Part shown: in pieces, positions 27,707-35,508 of the stretch
Numbering within the stretch: the stretch's first letter is position 1
Layout: each line of letters opens with the position of its first letter
Virus record (IMG/VR): IMGVR_UViG_3300030097_000532
Location: 1 to 35,705 of that record
Reading direction: 5' to 3' (one strand)
DNA: 35,705 nucleotides
Source of the DNA: a virus
Taxonomy: Duplodnaviria > Caudoviricetes
Program-made: the position numbers and the translations under genes
Notes under the pieces: generated by a model
Database searches by the model: none
Told to the model about the DNA's origin: nothing
Seen by the model: only the letters and a program-made list of their open reading frames with translations

Positions 27707-28455
27707 GACACACCTCCTGGAATCTCTGGGATCGGTTCATACTCAAAGGAACTCACAGAGGAAGCAGACACAACCGCTTCGACTGTCTCTGGCGCAACCT
27801 TCTTAGGTGCAGCCTTCTTAGGCGCAACCGCAACCGGCTTAGGCTTTACCTTCGGTCTGCCCTCTTCAATCTTCGCCTTGATGGCTCGAATCGCATCTTT
27901 CGGATCGACAGCAGATCTTCCCTCAACCTCAACCGGAGCCGGAGCCTGTGCTGGCACTGGGGTATGGAGAGTTTCGTGGGAAGGCATCGTCCCCAGCTCG
28001 CTCTCATCGAGAACCGACAACCCACAAATTGAAAGGGTCACTCGGCGCTTGGCCTTAGTGACAGCTTTCATGCGCGCGTTAACCAGGTCAGCCCCTCTCA
28101 TTTTGAGGCAATCGATCACCCCAATATCCTCATCAGTCCGGCCAGCCGAATCTGTAGCCTGGGCGTGAACAGTCATAAGACCATTCTCCTCTGTCTCGAT
28201 GCTCTTGATGATTATCGACACGCCATGGATTTTTCTCAACTGATCGGTACAGGCCTTGGTTGCATATAAAACCACCTTCCCTTGAAAGCGGATAAACTGG
28301 AATGGCCGGGTTATTGGATTGACACCAATCGAAGTGCAGATCTTCTGCACGTAAAGGCATCGCTGCTCAGCCGTCAGCGCTTGCAAGTTACCATCAGCCA
28401 GAACCTGTTCTAGCGCTTCGAAGTTATTGTCTTCTTTTCTCATCATGTCAGTCAT
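27703..28455 (-). CDS. Probable single-strand annealing recombinase
   Basis: Adjacent to YqaJ exonuclease; GVNPITRPF...LYATK..TDQLR...MKAVTKAKRR core; P/K/A-rich tail. Confidence 0.65.
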   Translation of the reverse strand: MTDMMRKEDNNFEALEQVLADGNLQALTAEQRCLYVQKICTSIGVNPITRPFQFIRFQGKVVLYATKACTDQLRKIHGVSIIIKSIETEENGLMTVHAQATDSAGRTDEDIGVIDCLKMRGADLVNARMKAVTKAKRRVTLSICGLSVLDESELGTMPSHETLHTPVPAQAPAPVEVEGRSAVDPKDAIRAIKAKIEEGRPKVKPKPVAVAPKKAAPKKVAPETVEAVVSASSVSSFEYEPIPEIPGGVS

Positions 28456-28456
28456 C

Positions 28457-29356
28457 TTAAATCTCCACGCTTAATGTGTCAGAGAACCGACGAGTCTTGC
28501 CGGTACTCCATTTTACTGAACCATCATCACCGAATGAGATCCCCCCAGCAGGACCAATGCGCTCACGCAGAAGGTTCTTTGCCTTACTCAGTTTCTCATC
28601 AGCGGCTTTGGAATCTCGCTTTGCCTCAGCATATTGAAGCATCAATCCACGATCTTCCTGGTTGCACCCATCGAGAATCTCTGGCTCCATCGCCTCGATC
28701 CTCTGATAGAACCGGGTACACCCATCGCTGCCATCAACAATCAGGGACTCCTTTCTCTCGATGTGTTTTTGCCACCAATCGGCAAGACCATTCATGGCCT
28801 TTGCTATTAGTTCATCATCACGATCGACGATGTATATCCTAGGCTCAGCAGGGGAGTAGTTCCACAACCCTATGAAGCACTGGTCTAACCCGTTCGCCGC
28901 CATGTGAGCCTGGCACTGCATCGCGACATGCTCGGGCACTTCAGCGGTCCACTCCTGGCCCCACAGCCTGCGCTGGTTGAAGCTGGCACTGGTCTTTATC
29001 TCCAGCCCATAGCGTTGGGTCCAGCCAGGCATTGTAAGGAGAAAATCACAGGTGTCTCGAAACATAGCACCACCAAAACTTGTCGCCCTCGTCGGGCAGT
29101 CGCGCAGCTCGAAGTCCATCTCAAGCCTTGTCGAGATTTTCTTTAAAGCACGCTCGCCCATGAGCGGTTCCAAAAGCAAGCCCCATGACATAGCGGGGTT
29201 CTCTGATTTTGAGATCCCCTCCATATCACAGAGCATTTCATGCTGGGAGAATGGGGCTTCACCCCCTACCCCATGGATCCAATGCGTAGACGAGAAACTG
29301 CCAGGCCTTGGGTAGTCGGGACCAACCTCGTCCCATTTTTTTGAAAAATCATTCAT
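28457..29356 (-). CDS. YqaJ-like (lambda Exo-family) exonuclease
   Basis: MSWGLLLEP, D...LEIKT, VP.....QCQAHM motifs. Confidence 0.85.
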   Translation of the reverse strand: MNDFSKKWDEVGPDYPRPGSFSSTHWIHGVGGEAPFSQHEMLCDMEGISKSENPAMSWGLLLEPLMGERALKKISTRLEMDFELRDCPTRATSFGGAMFRDTCDFLLTMPGWTQRYGLEIKTSASFNQRRLWGQEWTAEVPEHVAMQCQAHMAANGLDQCFIGLWNYSPAEPRIYIVDRDDELIAKAMNGLADWWQKHIERKESLIVDGSDGCTRFYQRIEAMEPEILDGCNQEDRGLMLQYAEAKRDSKAADEKLSKAKNLLRERIGPAGGISFGDDGSVKWSTGKTRRFSDTLSVEI

Positions 29357-29383
29357 TCCTAAAACCTCTCTGTTGTTAATTCC

Positions 29384-29412
29384 ACAATACCACAGTTGGC
29401 TCCTCAGTCAAC
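29384..29412 (-). promoter_or_regulatory. Promoter with operator GTTGAC-N6-GCCAAC
   Basis: TTGACT-16-TATTGT upstream of the exonuclease. Confidence 0.6.
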
Positions 29413-29777
29413 TAGAAAGGTATGTCATCAGAGCCTCTTTTGTCGTTTTTTCCGCCTATAAACTGAACAGTTTGTGCTTCTATCTCGGTGGCGGACCTCT
29501 TTACGCCGTTCTTATCCTCGTATGAGCGGGTCTTTATTTTTCCCTCGATATAAACCTCACGGCCCTTGGAAAGGTGCTCAGCAGCTATTTCGCCAGTTTT
29601 CCCCCAGCAAACGATTCTATGCCATTGAGTTTCCTCTTTTTCGCCGCCGCTCTTAGTTTTAAACTTCTCGCTTGTAGCCAAGCTAAAATTGCAAACTGCG
29701 TTACCGTTAGGGGTGTATTTTAGCTCAGGGTCTTGGCCCAATCTGCCAACAATAATTGCTTTGTTTACTCCGGACAT
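29412..29777 (-). CDS. ssb: Single-stranded DNA-binding protein
   Basis: VNKAIIVGRLGQDPELKYT...TQWHRIV...DDIPF. Confidence 0.97.
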   Translation of the reverse strand: MSGVNKAIIVGRLGQDPELKYTPNGNAVCNFSLATSEKFKTKSGGEKEETQWHRIVCWGKTGEIAAEHLSKGREVYIEGKIKTRSYEDKNGVKRSATEIEAQTVQFIGGKNDKRGSDDIPF

Positions 29778-29786
29778 TTTCTCTCC

Positions 29787-31130
29787 TTAATTTAAGTGGT
29801 CTACCGATCCCCACGACGTGTGAGGGCGGACTGACAAAGCGTAATAGGTAAAACCACCACGCCTGCGTTTTGGGTTATTCACGTCATTCGCTAAAAGCTC
29901 AGTAAATTTTCTTCCGAACTTTGTGGGGTTTCCGTCCCAATGGATCTTTCTTCTATCGATAAATTTTACGAACGCATCAAAAATATCGCTGGCTTTTGTT
30001 TCACCCTCGCCACCAATACAGGCCGTTGCATAGAAATCAGCAACAGGGCAGCTTAACCTAATAAGGCTAAACCTCTCGTGACTTGATGCGGGGATTACTG
30101 ACAGCTCATTCATTCTCATTGTGCGACCGGCAGCTAGGAGAGCTTGGCCAAGGATAGAGGGGATCTCTCTTTTGATTGGGGACCAAATTTCATTGAAGCT
30201 TTTTCGCCGCCCTTCAAACGAGTTATTGAACTCCAACATGACCAGCCGCCGAGCAAATCCGGTTGTGTGGTCTGTTATCTCTGGGGCGTGGTTACTCGAA
30301 AAGATATGGACAGCCCTTGGTCTTGCCGAGTAGGGTTTGCCGTAGGGCAACCGAACCTGGACCCTATCTCGTGAGACCATGGCCTTAATTTCTGAACTGC
30401 TGTGCTTGAATGCGTTTTCATTCAGTTCGCCTGCAATATTTAATTTCGAATCAGCCAACACGCTCGAATAGTAAGCACTGGTACCACCCTGCCCCAGATG
30501 CTTGGGTTCGACCTGGCTCGTATGTTGGGGACCGACTATTTCAGTTAACAGCAGCTGCAATGTTGATTTCCCATTACTGCCTGCCCCCAAAAGCAACGCA
30601 GCTCTTGATATTTCTACACCACTTAAAGCACAGCCGAGCAACTCCATAACCACAGAGCGCTTGTCATGTGCATCGATATCACCACCAAAGACCTCATCAA
30701 GAAACCCGAAAAAAGCATGGGGCTCTGCGAAGTCTAGAGCATCCCCATAAGAAACCCGCAGCCGGTTATTTGGGGAATGAGGACGAAGCGACGGCTTCGC
30801 AACGCCAGGGACAAAAAAGCCCTCGCTTACTCCCACCCCTACCGGGGCAACATCAAAAAAGTCCTCATTATAAATATCCCTATGGGCTAAAATAGCTCGA
30901 GCAATCTGGACGACAGATGTCCAACTTAAGCCAAGGAACTTATCATCCCCGATCTTAAGCCCCTCGCACTCGCTCATGATATAGCCGTGGAGGTTTGTGA
31001 CCTTGTTAAAAAATCCGTCCTTATATAAGTAGACGAAATCAGCACACGATACCGGGTGCATTCCCTGATCAGCCCAATATTCAACTATCGCGTTTGCTAT
31101 ATGCACGGTCGTATTCTTAAAAATCCTCAT
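29787..31130 (-). CDS. D5-like / P4-family SF3 helicase
   Basis: Walker A GAGSNGKST, IAGE Walker B-like, FSSNHAP, GFARRL..LEF; AGGGG RBS before ATG 31130. Confidence 0.88.
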   Translation of the reverse strand: MRIFKNTTVHIANAIVEYWADQGMHPVSCADFVYLYKDGFFNKVTNLHGYIMSECEGLKIGDDKFLGLSWTSVVQIARAILAHRDIYNEDFFDVAPVGVGVSEGFFVPGVAKPSLRPHSPNNRLRVSYGDALDFAEPHAFFGFLDEVFGGDIDAHDKRSVVMELLGCALSGVEISRAALLLGAGSNGKSTLQLLLTEIVGPQHTSQVEPKHLGQGGTSAYYSSVLADSKLNIAGELNENAFKHSSSEIKAMVSRDRVQVRLPYGKPYSARPRAVHIFSSNHAPEITDHTTGFARRLVMLEFNNSFEGRRKSFNEIWSPIKREIPSILGQALLAAGRTMRMNELSVIPASSHERFSLIRLSCPVADFYATACIGGEGETKASDIFDAFVKFIDRRKIHWDGNPTKFGRKFTELLANDVNNPKRRRGGFTYYALSVRPHTSWGSVDHLN

Positions 31131-31190
31131 TGTGTCCCCTTTGCGGTCGAACCCGATTATCAGTCCGACCGCCACAAAAAATCAATATCT

Positions 31191-31445
31191 TTACTGTCCA
31201 GGGAACGAGCCGAGCAACTGCCCCCTGAGAATTTCAGAGACTGATGTCAGGGGCTGGGGACTTGGGGACTTGGGGAGATCAGGGGTTGGGGGAGTTGGGG
31301 ACCCAAACTCACGGGATATTGCCGAATCAAATTCGGTCCGTATCTCGTCAGGGGTTAAGCCTTGGGTTGCTAAGTCAATCAAAGCCTCTCGGAGCGTCAG
31401 CTTTGCGGTTTCTAGAGGGAACGAGTCTTGTGCTCTGTTAAACAT
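31191..31445 (-). CDS. Hypothetical protein (84 aa) with Pro-rich segment
   Basis: AAGGTTCA leader motif before ATG 31445; alternative start 31463. Confidence 0.65.
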   Translation of the reverse strand: MFNRAQDSFPLETAKLTLREALIDLATQGLTPDEIRTEFDSAISREFGSPTPPTPDLPKSPSPQPLTSVSEILRGQLLGSFPGQ

Positions 31446-31532
31446 AATAATTGAACCTTCCATGTAACCCCCTCCCCACGTTGGGGGTGTTCTGTGGGGA
31501 GGGGGGGGGTTGTTGTTGTAGTAGCCAATATT

Positions 31533-31562
31533 ACCCTATTGCCTGTTGTCTCCTGAGTCAAG
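31533..31562 (-). promoter_or_regulatory. Promoter with operator CTTGAC-N6-GACAAC
   Basis: TTGACT-17-TAGGGT upstream of the replication genes. Confidence 0.55.
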
Positions 31563-31563
31563 T

Positions 31564-31875
31564 CTATTGCTTGTGCTTGAGTCGTTTTCTTTCGGCGCTC
31601 GGGTCAATGCCCATTGCAACCAGGGTGCGGATCTTCATTGCTCGCCGCCGGGCCTCAGCGCAATTGATCGTGGGCCAGACACCAAGTGACAGCTGCCCTT
31701 CTTTTCCTTGAAACATATACTTAATCCTCCACCATTTATGGTGGTTCTTCACTGTAGGGACTAAAGCAAACAGGCCAGGGACCGGGTGCTCGCCTTCTAT
31801 CTCTGGGCCGGAGGTCGTATCGTAATGTTTTTTGCGATCTCTTTTGAGCATCGACATGTAGTTATCCGTCAGCAT
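31564..31875 (-). CDS. Stand-alone integrase arm-type DNA-binding domain (Arm-DNA-bind_3/DUF4102-like)
   Basis: GLF..V......KWWRIKY.FQGKE..LSLGVWP.I..AEAR......R.LV..GIDP..ERK; no catalytic domain follows. Confidence 0.85.
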   Translation of the reverse strand: MLTDNYMSMLKRDRKKHYDTTSGPEIEGEHPVPGLFALVPTVKNHHKWWRIKYMFQGKEGQLSLGVWPTINCAEARRRAMKIRTLVAMGIDPSAERKRLKHKQ

Positions 31876-32170
31876 TGGGGGCCTCTCTGTTGGGGGTGAT
31901 AATCCTACGTGCAATCATCAATCCTGCCCACACACCTTCCAAGCGGATCGAGACATCCCGAATCTTGGCCTCCTTCCCTAGGATCTGGGTACCGTAGCAA
32001 GAAGGCCCATCAATAGAGATTCGGTACTTTATGGGGCGCCTAAGCTGAAGGGGTTCTTTGTCAACGCGGACTGAGAATTTACCCCCGAAAATCCCAAGGT
32101 CATGCATGCGTTTTAAGTGTTTGTTTATGGATAAAACTAAACCTGAGACAGAGTCAAACGTGATTCTCAT
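31862..32170 (-). CDS. Basic hypothetical early protein
   Basis: GAGGTTCAT leader and ATGA overlap with the upstream ORF. Confidence 0.7.
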   Translation of the reverse strand: MRITFDSVSGLVLSINKHLKRMHDLGIFGGKFSVRVDKEPLQLRRPIKYRISIDGPSCYGTQILGKEAKIRDVSIRLEGVWAGLMIARRIITPNREAPNADG

Positions 32171-32382
32171 ATGAACCTCAGTTGTTTGCGCCCAGGGCAC
32201 GGGCAGAACGGGTCACAGCAATTGCAATCATCATCATCATCATCACTAGCTGGGGGATCATCAGGCATAAATCCATCACGATACGCTTTATCGTCCTCCG
32301 TGTCTCCTGGTACTGAATATCCCGCTCTATCAGGGTTGGCAGGGCCGTCGTATTCTGTTGTTTCTTTGTCCTTGTAGTTCAT
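32167..32382 (-). CDS. Small acidic Cys-cluster protein
   Basis: 71 aa, DDDDDDCNCCDPFCPC. Confidence 0.65.
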   Translation of the reverse strand: MNYKDKETTEYDGPANPDRAGYSVPGDTEDDKAYRDGFMPDDPPASDDDDDDCNCCDPFCPCPGRKQLRFI

Positions 32383-32403
32383 TTTAATTGCCTATGTTGG
32401 GGG

Positions 32404-32757
32404 TTAACATTTGTGCGCTTCAACTACTTTCTCATCATAGTTTAAATCCGCTCCGCAATGGGGACACACTCTTTCATCTTTCAGCAATTGCTTGAAGTAG
32501 GCAATCGCGTCATTGCGGCTATCGAAACCAGAGCTATGTCCCCTCGACGCGCCATTGTAATCAGTCTTGCTTACAACGTACCAATCACCGTTGAAGTAGG
32601 CATCCACTGATACTGGATCCCAGAAGTAGTCAGGGTGCTGGAACTGGGCGACATACCAGCAACCCCAGTTGTCTGTTTTTCCCCACTCGTCTGCGAAGTC
32701 GTCATTAATGCATTGCTTGGGGGTTAGAAAACCATCGTCGAATTTTTGAACTAGCAT
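32404..32757 (-). CDS. Hypothetical early protein with C-terminal CPHCG
   Basis: Start reassigned to MLVQK using the AAAGGTTCACACT leader. Confidence 0.75.
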   Translation of the reverse strand: MLVQKFDDGFLTPKQCINDDFADEWGKTDNWGCWYVAQFQHPDYFWDPVSVDAYFNGDWYVVSKTDYNGASRGHSSGFDSRNDAIAYFKQLLKDERVCPHCGADLNYDEKVVEAHKC

Positions 32758-32798
32758 AGTGTGAACCTTTGGTTGCTTGGCGTTAGCGCCTATCCATT

Positions 32799-32827
32799 GA
32801 TTATATGAAGTTGACGGTTGTGTCAAC
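32799..32827 (-). promoter_or_regulatory. Promoter with perfect palindromic operator GTTGAC-N6-GTCAAC
   Basis: TTGACA and TATAAT are both present but the spacer is only 15 nt. Confidence 0.6.
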
Positions 32828-32850
32828 TCTAAAGATTGGCTTATGTCTTT

Positions 32851-33117
32851 TTATTGGTTTTTTTTGTCTGCCTTAGAATAGACATCATCTAGAATACCCA
32901 GCAATCCGTGGGGAGCAGAGTATGTGAAATAGAACCGGTAAGAGTGTGGCCCCAATGACTCTGGTAATGTTGTGGGCCAGTACTTCTTGAAGACGCGCCC
33001 CATCACTAAGTCGATCCGGTAGTCGTCGATCCCGTAATAATCCATGAATCTTTCTATGTGCTTCGCTAGTTGATGAGCGCTATATTTCTTAATGCTTTGT
33101 TCTGATAGTCGTTTCAT
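32851..33117 (-). CDS. Hypothetical early protein (88 aa)
   Basis: Start reassigned to MKRLS using the AAGGTTCACACT leader. Confidence 0.75.
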   Translation of the reverse strand: MKRLSEQSIKKYSAHQLAKHIERFMDYYGIDDYRIDLVMGRVFKKYWPTTLPESLGPHSYRFYFTYSAPHGLLGILDDVYSKADKKNQ

Positions 33118-33131
33118 AGTGTGAACCTTGT

Positions 33132-33195
33132 GTTGCGAGTAAGCTTGAATGCCTACTACCCAAAAAACCCGCTCGGGGCGGGTTAAATGGGGTTG
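33132..33195 (-). repeat. Structured intergenic repeat, copy A
   Basis: CAACCCCATTT-hairpin-TTTTTGGGTAGTAGG-hairpin-CAAC, shared with 33716-33780. Confidence 0.85.
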
Positions 33196-33221
33196 GTGTG
33201 GTGTGGTGTTGTGGCTAGGGC

Positions 33222-33701
33222 TCACACCTTAATAAACTTGATCGTATTCATTGAAAGAAAAATGGAACCGCAGTCAGACCTGGTAGCAGTCCCGGCAATC
33301 CAATCACCGTCAATAATAGAAATAGAGTATTGACCAGAAAGATTGGATTCTACGTCACACCATGCTTTCTCGTCTCGTTCGCCACAATCATTCAACCAAC
33401 TCATTTGGTCGTCTAGTTCAATTAGGAAATGGGGTTCCAAGAAATCGGTTGGCTCATCTTCGCAGAATACGGGAACGTCAATAACATCCGTAACAGTTAG
33501 GCTGATTTTACCTTCTAAGCATTCTATTCTAGATGGACCATGGCTAGGTGCCGATATTAGTGTGATAGTGTCACCAACACCCATATCCTTGAACGTAGGG
33601 CCACTATAAGAACCGCAATCGTTTCCGGCATAATCTTCAGACTTGAAACGTCCAGAAGTAACCGCTTCTTTAATTAGCTTTGCTAGGCCATGTGGAATCA
33701 T
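33222..33701 (-). CDS. Acidic hypothetical early protein
   Basis: 159 aa, AAAGGA RBS. Confidence 0.8.
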   Translation of the reverse strand: MIPHGLAKLIKEAVTSGRFKSEDYAGNDCGSYSGPTFKDMGVGDTITLISAPSHGPSRIECLEGKISLTVTDVIDVPVFCEDEPTDFLEPHFLIELDDQMSWLNDCGERDEKAWCDVESNLSGQYSISIIDGDWIAGTATRSDCGSIFLSMNTIKFIKV

Positions 33702-33715
33702 AATCTAATCCTTTC

Positions 33716-33780
33716 GTTGTCGAGTAGGCATAATCACCTACTACCCAAAAAGGCCGCTCAATGGCGGCCAAATGGGGTTG
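33716..33780 (-). repeat. Structured intergenic repeat, copy B
   Basis: Same scaffold as copy A with compensatory stem changes. Confidence 0.85.
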
Positions 33781-33794
33781 ATATGGATTGTCTT

Positions 33795-34496
33795 TTAGTG
33801 GGCAACGATCGCAATGTTTTTGCGCTTGTCGCCTGGTTTCGATCCATTGCACAAACTGCAATCAGAACATTGAACGCGTGCACCGGCTTCTTTAGATGCT
33901 GGGCAAAGGATCTCCCCCTTTTCTATTTCATCCACCGACGATAGGATACGAAAGGTGCGATACCCAAGAGATCTCGCTTGATCTCGTTCTTTCGTCGTGT
34001 GAACGCTAGCCATGACGCGGGTGGAGAGATCGGCATTTTTCCATTGATGCGTGTATCCCGTTCCCGGAGATTCACTGAGATTTGCCCAGACATGAGAAGG
34101 AACCGCAGCGGGATCACCATAGGATCCACGACGAACAACGCGACCACCGACTAGGGCTCGAGCAGCCTCGGGAGATGTTACTGGTATGTGGCGGTTGGCC
34201 TTCCATGTTGACAATGGGGCTTGAAAGACTTTGACGTAACACGATCGGTTACTCACCTCGCCGCGATTAAAGATTGATGGGCGGAGCGGACATTGACCGC
34301 ATACGCTCGCATCCTCCCCTGATTTGACTGCTTCGTGTGGCGGTATGTCGGAGCGCAAGATCCAAGTCTGAAGCATCGCGCCTGTTTTAGTGTTCTTCGA
34401 AGATTTAGTTAGACCCGTGAGTAAAACCATGACTGGCTTCCCGTCTAACTTGCTCGGGCCTTCCCACAGTTTGATCGCGTTAACTTTGCTTTTCAT
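33795..34496 (-). CDS. Cys-rich phage early protein (Gp88-like / degenerate radical-SAM-like)
   Basis: N.KTG, CGQC...CYV, R.GSYGDP, GYTH, MASV, CPA...CSDCSLC...IAIVAH. Confidence 0.65.
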   Translation of the reverse strand: MKSKVNAIKLWEGPSKLDGKPVMVLLTGLTKSSKNTKTGAMLQTWILRSDIPPHEAVKSGEDASVCGQCPLRPSIFNRGEVSNRSCYVKVFQAPLSTWKANRHIPVTSPEAARALVGGRVVRRGSYGDPAAVPSHVWANLSESPGTGYTHQWKNADLSTRVMASVHTTKERDQARSLGYRTFRILSSVDEIEKGEILCPASKEAGARVQCSDCSLCNGSKPGDKRKNIAIVAH

Positions 34497-34541
34497 CGAT
34501 TGAACCTTTCGTTGTCGAGAGCGTCAATTGCTCATATTGAT

Positions 34542-34571
34542 AGCTTAGTGGAAGTTGGCGTTGGCGTCAAG
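34542..34571 (-). promoter_or_regulatory. Early leftward promoter with operator CTTGAC-N6-GCCAAC
   Basis: TTGACG-17-TAAGCT. Confidence 0.7.
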
Positions 34572-34620
34572 CATGAATGTTACCCCGTGAAAGAAAAAAA
34601 GAACGAAGAAGCTAAACAGG

Positions 34621-34992
34621 CTAGTCACCCCGAAAAGCAGTCTAGTTCAGTCTAGTAGCCTGCTAGTTTTCATGCTAGTTTTTTGAACGAAAAGCTGAAC
34701 AAAAACAGTGAGATAGGTGCTCTAGGATGCTAGTAGGCTAGTTATAAGTCTTAAACTCGTATGATTTCTGTATGCTGTTATATAGAAGTGTGGGCGCCGA
34801 AAACTAGCCTACTAGCCTGATTTTAGGGTTAAGTGCTTGAAATGACTTGGGAATGAAGCAGGCTAGTAGGTCTAAAACTAGACTGAACTAACCGGATTTG
34901 CAGGCTAGTTGAGATCCTCGAGACTCTCGATGCTAGGATCCTCGATACTAGGATCCTCGATACTAGAGGCGGTTCCTAAGATCCTCGAGACT
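34621..34992. repeat. CTAG-rich nested inverted repeats and GATCCTCGA direct repeats; candidate replication origin
   Basis: 14-bp IR 34643-34656/34877-34890; 15-bp IR 34729-34743/34802-34816; GATCCTCGA at 34913, 34937, 34952, 34980. Confidence 0.7.
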
Positions 34993-35245
34993 ATTGACAG
35001 CGTGAGTGCGACTAGGTCACTATTAAATTGCGAGACGTCGCAAGTAAGTGTGAGAGATATGCATTAGCTCTAGAGTTTGTTGCAAAGAAACAGGCATATC
35101 ACAGCATGTTTCTTGCGCGTTTCCACGTTAATCAACCAAAAGACTCCCGAAAAGCTTAAGATTCCACATACCTGGGAAAATCCCAGGCAATCCCCAGGCG
35201 AAACTCAATAAAAGCGCAAAAAAGAGATTAATAATACGCTTTAGA

Positions 35246-35276
35246 GTTGACGTAGGCGCCAATTCATGGCAATAAT
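35246..35276 (+). promoter_or_regulatory. Early rightward promoter with operator GTTGAC-N6-GCCAAT
   Basis: TTGACG-18-AATAAT. Confidence 0.6.
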
Positions 35277-35316
35277 GGGTAAGCGCTGATGCTTACAAAG
35301 AAAGAAGGTTCAGATC

Positions 35317-35508
35317 ATGAGAATACTAGCCCACACAACTAAGAGTGAATACGATCTACAGATGATCGTTGAGAAATCTGACAAAACGATAGCAATGGTT
35401 TCTGTTGACAAAGGTTTCACACGTTGGATGGATTTCACGACCGGGATGATCGAGATGGATCCCGGCTTGATAGAGGAGGAACTAAGGATCATGAGATCTT
35501 ACCCCTAG
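35317..35508 (+). CDS. Small early hypothetical protein (63 aa)
   Basis: Promoter, leader hairpin, GAAGGTTCAG RBS and downstream terminator. Confidence 0.75.
   Translation: MRILAHTTKSEYDLQMIVEKSDKTIAMVSVDKGFTRWMDFTTGMIEMDPGLIEEELRIMRSYP

Noticed and set aside
31564-31914. Functional integrase / temperate lifestyle
   Set aside because: Only the arm-binding domain is present; no catalytic R-H-R-Y domain, att site or host flanks were seen.
32758-33225. N-terminal extensions given in the ORF track (starts 32826 and 33225)
   Set aside because: They run through promoter or structured-repeat DNA; downstream ATGs have the conserved leader motif.
35278-35316. Hammerhead ribozyme or integron attC in early leaders
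   Set aside because: No CUGANGA/GAAA core in the right context, no RYYYAAC...GTTRRRY boundaries and no integron integrase.
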